Origin: a virus
Length of the DNA stretch: 64,000 nucleotides
Direction: 5' to 3' (one strand)
Virus record (IMG/VR): IMGVR_UViG_3300045988_111815
Span: 80,893 to 144,892 of that record
The position numbers and the translations under genes are program-made. Each line of letters begins with the position of its first letter. The first letter of the stretch is position 1. Shown one piece after another: positions 60,059 to 64,000 of this stretch. The notes beneath the pieces were generated by a model that was given only the letters and a program-made list of their open reading frames with translations, was not told the DNA's origin and did not search any database.

Positions 60059-60343
60059 TTATACTCCGGTCTTTCCATTTCCTCTGTTTATTACTCTATA
60101 GTATTTATCCTTATCCCCTTCTTCCAACTTCTCCAGATAGAAAATTCCATCATGTAAATGAGACAAACAAAACCTGTATCCGTATTTCTGCGTTCTTCTT
60201 ACATGATCCCGCAGTCTTATCTCTTCACTTTTGTCTTGTACTTTGATCTTAATACTGTCTCCTTCTTTGATTGTGTATAAAATAGTTTGAATCTCTTCTT
60301 TTTTCATCTTATAAAATATTTTAACGGCAGCACCTATACTCAC
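60059..60343 (-). CDS. Hypothetical protein (94 aa)
   Basis: ORF only. Confidence 0.4.
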   Translation of the reverse strand: MSIGAAVKIFYKMKKEEIQTILYTIKEGDSIKIKVQDKSEEIRLRDHVRRTQKYGYRFCLSHLHDGIFYLEKLEEGDKDKYYRVINRGNGKTGV

Positions 60344-60370
60344 GCACCACTACTGCCTTATGTTTAACAA

Positions 60371-61180
60371 TTAAATACTTAACTCTTCAATGGTCAAGCC
60401 TTTTTCTTTTGCCCACTTTAGCATCGCGCATAATTCTGTTTCTGACTTATATTTCGGATCACGCCACGCCCATCCGAATTTATCCAGGACATGATGATAT
60501 AATTCGTCGGCCTTTGCCGTGTAAATGTCTTTGAATAAATGCTCCGAACCTTCCGGTATAAGCATCTCTGTTGTTGCAAAATCAGAATACGACAAACATC
60601 CGTAAGCATATTCTGTTATTTCACTCCATGCTTCTCCGGCTTTAAATCCAAATTCTTTTACAAAAGCCAAAGTTAGATACATATTTAACAATATTGTTAC
60701 ATCATATCCCGAATCTGACTTTCTTTCTATTATTTCCTTTTCAAATTCCTCTAAATCTTCAGGTCCTAAAAAGATGTATCCTGATACCGACCGATAATTA
60801 GCCTCCGCATACTTCTTGCATTTATCATCATTAATAATCTTACCAATGTTAGATAACATCTTTTGCCTCCATTCATCACAAAACTCTATCCTTACATCCA
60901 TCCAATCAGTACCATAATTGCGATCTTTTGGATGTCCGACCGATATTACCTTTATGTTATTCACACCATATTCATAAAGGCGTTCGCCCACCTTATCCGC
61001 CCATTCCTGTACAAAAGGAATAAACTTATTGCAATAAGAATCAAAATCAAAATCTAATTCCTCCTCATATTCCGGCATCTCTTCATAATCTTGTTCAAAG
61101 AAATATCGAGGATCTGCTATTGTTTCATAGAAACTTACGTTAATAAAACAAAACTCGTTGGTTGTCGTTTTTAATATCAT
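60371..61180 (-). CDS. Hypothetical protein (269 aa)
   Basis: ORF only. Confidence 0.5.
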   Translation of the reverse strand: MILKTTTNEFCFINVSFYETIADPRYFFEQDYEEMPEYEEELDFDFDSYCNKFIPFVQEWADKVGERLYEYGVNNIKVISVGHPKDRNYGTDWMDVRIEFCDEWRQKMLSNIGKIINDDKCKKYAEANYRSVSGYIFLGPEDLEEFEKEIIERKSDSGYDVTILLNMYLTLAFVKEFGFKAGEAWSEITEYAYGCLSYSDFATTEMLIPEGSEHLFKDIYTAKADELYHHVLDKFGWAWRDPKYKSETELCAMLKWAKEKGLTIEELSI

Positions 61181-61431
61181 AACTTTTTGTATTTACGTAC
61201 ATTTTTCTTGCCATAGAATCTACACATGGCACGAATCTGACTATAAAATACTTTTGTCCTCCTGGCCTCAAAGTATTTAAACATTTCTTCATTCTTTGTT
61301 TCCCAAACGTAATCCGTTTGGGAACTCATGTGATTTTTGTCCTTGCGTGAATAATGGTAATATGATACCACAACACGTTTCGCACCATTCTTTACAGGTA
61401 CGATATTCACATCTATGTTATTATCTGTCAT
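61177..61431 (-). CDS. Hypothetical protein (84 aa)
   Basis: ATGA overlap with its neighbour. Confidence 0.4.
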   Translation of the reverse strand: MTDNNIDVNIVPVKNGAKRVVVSYYHYSRKDKNHMSSQTDYVWETKNEEMFKYFEARRTKVFYSQIRAMCRFYGKKNVRKYKKL

Positions 61432-61454
61432 ATTATTATTGTTTTATGTATTAT

Positions 61455-61493
61455 ACAAATACAAAGAGCGCATACCTTCACAGGCCGGCGCTC
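61455..61493 (-). terminator. Stem-loop plus T-tract terminator (minus strand) after the 61541..61768 gene
   Basis: GAGCGC (61466-61471) / GCGCTC (61488-61493). On the minus strand a TTTGTATTTGTAT stretch follows. Confidence 0.4.
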
Positions 61494-61540
61494 CTTTCAA
61501 TAAAAATGAAAAAACTAACATTAACATAAAAATACGTTTT

Positions 61541-61768
61541 CTACTTCTTATGTTTTAATCTTTTAATAGCATCCTTTCTTGAGTATGCCATTACTTTAGT
61601 ACCATTAATATCAAATTCTTTTTCTGTTCTGACAATCTTTTCTCTTCTATATGTAGATTGCATTCCTTTTCCCCTTTTAGTATTTAGCACAAAGGCATCA
61701 TCTCCGCACATTGCAGCTAATATCATAGGGAGCAACAAACCTCTGTATTTCATATTTTCCCTCCACAA
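61541..61768 (-). CDS. Small putative secreted protein (75 aa)
   Basis: N-terminal hydrophobic segment LLLPMILAAMCG. Confidence 0.35.
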   Translation of the reverse strand: MWRENMKYRGLLLPMILAAMCGDDAFVLNTKRGKGMQSTYRREKIVRTEKEFDINGTKVMAYSRKDAIKRLKHKK

Positions 61769-62141
61769 TTATTATATCTGCCATATTCGTTTCTTCCATC
61801 ATTCCGTATTTCAAAAATCATCTTCTTATGATCTTTGCCTGGTAACTTATCTTTAACAGCCTATATTACGCCCGCTATAGACGTGAATCCTGAATCTGTT
61901 ATTGAACACAGCAACACACCTCTGTTGGCGCCGGTGCTTATTGCTGACGCCTTTATAATATCATTTTTATATATTCTCATAATCTTTTGTTTTATTATCT
62001 ACAAACTTATCTATATCGTCTCTTATTCTTTTTAGCACTCCGGCTATAATTTCCGGCATCTCTCCTTCGGTACGGTTCAGAGTTTCTATCACCCCATCAA
62101 TCCTACCAATTTGACGCCATAAGAAATTGGCGTCTTTCGCA

Positions 62142-62390
62142 TTAAATTCCCTCATCATGTCTTATTTTACAGTAAACAACTTGCTTTTTTAAGCACCAGT
62201 CTTGCGATTCTGAGAGTGAACACCGTTCGGAGTTGTTAAAAAATATACAATCTTTGCAGAACATAAGAGGATCTTCGTCGTCACCAACTACTTTGACATC
62301 ATACTCTATACCATACAATTTTAATCTAAATACATCTCCTGTTTTTTTAGAAGACAAATCCATGTTCGGACCGAATGTTATTACTTCCAT
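62142..62390 (-). CDS. Small Cys-rich protein, CEGCIF-motif family member 2 (82 aa)
   Basis: MEVITFGPNMDLSSKKTGDVF…FCKDCIFF. Clear N-terminal and Cys-motif similarity to 63584..63844. Confidence 0.45.
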   Translation of the reverse strand: MEVITFGPNMDLSSKKTGDVFRLKLYGIEYDVKVVGDDEDPLMFCKDCIFFNNSERCSLSESQDWCLKKQVVYCKIRHDEGI

Positions 62391-62410
62391 ATAATTATGT
62401 TTTATTGTTT

Positions 62411-62504
62411 GTGAGATGCCCAGAATCGAACCAGGACCGGCACATACATACCGGCACGCCGCGCCATCCCTCTATGATACACAAATAGACATGCCTATTC
62501 TCAC
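62411..62504 (-). ncRNA. tRNA-like structured element A (not foldable by eye as a canonical tRNA)
   Basis: On the minus strand this 94-nt span reads GTGAGAA…GGTTCGATTCTGGGCATCTCAC. The 5' GUGAGAA pairs with the 3' AUCUCAC (6/7). A T-arm-like GGUUCGAUUC sits next to the 3' strand. Internal GC-rich hairpins are present. It lies directly upstream of the 62390 start. Confidence 0.3.
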
Positions 62505-62563
62505 GAACCGACATGCCAAAACCCAAAACTTAATTTGATGAATAAAATAGATTAACAAAAATA

Positions 62564-62887
62564 CTATTCTAATTCTTTTATAATGTCTTTTATGATATTT
62601 AGCCTCACCTCCTTCGTTTCTGGACTAATACAGCCAAACCATCCATATATCCTCCATTCTTCTTCTGGTTCTGTAGCCATACTTTTCTTTTCCTCCAATT
62701 CCGGGAAATATGTTTTCACCATTTTATCTAAATATAGCCCATAAAAGGATTCTATTTTTTTAGGAGTACTGAAAAACTTAAATACTATATTTCTCAACAT
62801 GACGCATATATAATTCCCATCCTCTAACCTTTCGATATTCTCATATACCTTTTTCCAAATGAATAATCGCTCTTCTTTTGTAAACAT
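62564..62887 (-). CDS. Hypothetical protein (107 aa)
   Basis: ORF only. Confidence 0.4.
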   Translation of the reverse strand: MFTKEERLFIWKKVYENIERLEDGNYICVMLRNIVFKFFSTPKKIESFYGLYLDKMVKTYFPELEEKKSMATEPEEEWRIYGWFGCISPETKEVRLNIIKDIIKELE

Positions 62888-62895
62888 ATCTTTCT

Positions 62896-63243
62896 TTATT
62901 TTTGTGGTATTATTTGACTGTACGCAGACTTTTCCATGTACACAACACTATGTTCCTGTCCAAGTATTTTCTTTGCTGCTTCTTTCTTTATCGCGCAATA
63001 TCTCCCTGTACGATACGGATTCTTTTGATCTGATCCATCCTCGACTTCGATAATAAAACAACCTCCGTCATCTATTATCTTTTTGCAATTGTCACATATT
63101 TCTCCCGTGCATATATGATGCGGCGCCTGCCCTTTGATGTTATTTCCTAATAAAGCAATCCCCATCTCTTCGCCACATATCATGCAGACTTCTATAGACG
63201 GATTCAATCCGTGTTCTGGATATAATGTAATACCATCTTTCAT
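62896..63243 (-). CDS. Zn-ribbon/Cys-rich protein (115 aa)
   Basis: CMICGEE…CTGEICDNCKK…GGCFIIEV. Preceded by the AGGAGG-like AAAGGAGGAAAGAAAATG. Confidence 0.45.
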   Translation of the reverse strand: MKDGITLYPEHGLNPSIEVCMICGEEMGIALLGNNIKGQAPHHICTGEICDNCKKIIDDGGCFIIEVEDGSDQKNPYRTGRYCAIKKEAAKKILGQEHSVVYMEKSAYSQIIPQK

Positions 63244-63282
63244 TTTCTTTCCTCCTTTGTTTTTAATGTTGTGTGAGATCGC

Positions 63283-63406
63283 CGGAATCGAACCGACCTA
63301 CCGCACCATGAATCCCATAAAGCAAGTGCTCCGATCTTCGCAGACGGGAGCACTTTGTCTAAAGCATAAGAAAATTAATGAAGAAATTTTTCTCACTTAC
63401 GCCATA
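63283..63406 (-). ncRNA. tRNA-like structured element B, second copy of the family
   Basis: On the minus strand the span reads GTGAGAAAAAT…GTCGGTTCGATTCCGGCGATCTCAC. T-arm-like GTCGG-TTCGATT-CCGGC. Internal perfect 7-bp hairpin GTGCTCC…GGAGCAC (plus 63329-63356). It shares a ~45-nt block with element A (GTGC.GGT..GGTTCGATTC.GG..ATCTCACA.AACA.TAAAA). Confidence 0.3.
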
Positions 63407-63583
63407 GCATCTAAAATAGCTATCAGCACTATTTCTATGACAAACATAATAGAAAATATCTTAAATGCCTTTTTCATATCGCTATCTCCTCCTTTTTATT
63501 TTTTTAGTTCCACAATAAACTGTTCCGGCTCTGCTCCGACCTACGTTCCACCTACAACCGCAGGCCTTAGCCCAAGGCGCCGC

Positions 63584-63844
63584 CTACTTCCCCTCTATGG
63601 CAGCCTGTTCGTACCTACAAAGCCAGTCTCCATCTACACAACTATCACTACTCGATAATAAACATTTATTCTTATAACAATCATGAAAAATACACCCCTC
63701 ACAACTGTAATCCTTAACTTCTGCACAGCTAACTACCTTAGCATATACTATACCATCACTACCTTCTATTCCTCTTACCCCAAAAATAGAACCTTCTCCC
63801 TCCTTACTCAAATCTAAGTCAGGTGCAAAATCATATACGTTCAT
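63584..63844 (-). CDS. Small Cys-rich protein, CEGCIF-motif family member 3 (86 aa)
   Basis: MNVYDFAPDLDLSKEGEGSIF…SCEGCIFHDC…. Confidence 0.45.
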   Translation of the reverse strand: MNVYDFAPDLDLSKEGEGSIFGVRGIEGSDGIVYAKVVSCAEVKDYSCEGCIFHDCYKNKCLLSSSDSCVDGDWLCRYEQAAIEGK

Positions 63845-64000
63845 GTTGTTTATATTTTAATTGTTAAACATTCCGATTACTACTAATCTATTGAATTTTG
63901 CGGAATAAACTCACATTATGCTGTTTTAAAACGCTGATCTGTTGAATTTTGTTGGAAAAAACCTACAGAATGATGTTTTAAAACCCTGTAAGTCTTGATT

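Noticed and set aside
63244-63262. Shine-Dalgarno-like AGGAGG upstream of 62896..63243 (and AAGGAG before 14509) taken as evidence against a Bacteroidota host
   Set aside because: These are isolated instances. Most starts lack SD sequences and instead have A-rich leaders and TAnnTTTG boxes. Not informative enough.
62411-63406. Calling the two GGTTCGATTC-containing elements bona fide tRNA genes
   Set aside because: I could not build D or anticodon arms or a regular acceptor/T-stem junction by hand for either copy. They are reported as tRNA-like elements needing tRNAscan-SE or Infernal, not as tRNAs.
1-64000. Diversity-generating retroelement, retron, integrase/attP or lysogeny module
   Set aside because: No reverse-transcriptase motifs (YxDD), no tyrosine or serine recombinase signatures, and no near-identical 100-150-nt template/variable repeat pair were seen. 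Nothing supports these in this window.

Overview
This 64-kb window reads as a segment of a double-stranded DNA bacteriophage genome, most plausibly a crAss-like (Crassvirales-type) phage of a Bacteroidota host. Three lines of evidence support this. The sequence is AT-rich. Plus-strand genes are preceded by Bacteroides-type -7 promoter boxes (TAnnTTTG, often TATCTTTG). Gene content and layout match crAss-like genomes. Two convergent modules meet at ~27.4 kb. (1) Plus strand, 1..27319: an operon of very large, translationally coupled ORFs (≈934, 1019, 2213, 752 and 2140 aa) typical of virion, tail and ejection 'cargo' proteins, one of which may be a virion RNA polymerase. This operon is interrupted by an IS200/IS605-family TnpB-only element on the opposite strand (15101..16273). 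(2) Minus strand, 63844 down to 27530: a densely packed early/replication module. It encodes an SF2 DEAD/DEAH helicase, a Cas4-like PD-(D/E)XK nuclease, a DnaB-like helicase, a Zn-finger/TOPRIM primase, a second PD-(D/E)XK protein, a KilA-N protein, an HNH-like protein, a minimal ABC ATPase, and many small hypothetical or Cys-rich proteins. The more unusual items are: a flotillin (FloT/YuaG-like SPFH) gene paired with an NfeD-like membrane protein that carries an N-terminal acyl-carrier-protein-like domain; a disrupted class-II (CCA/poly(A)-polymerase-type) nucleotidyltransferase gene; two structured tRNA-like elements sharing GUGAGAA…GGUUCGAUUC…AUCUCAC termini; an array of three covarying hairpins with a conserved CCCTTCGG loop in a 760-nt non-coding region; a recurring AACAATTAAAA motif upstream of minus-strand starts; and several paralogous small-gene families. 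No CRISPR array, reverse transcriptase or integrase was recognised. Every functional call rests on motif reading by eye and needs HMM or structure-based confirmation.
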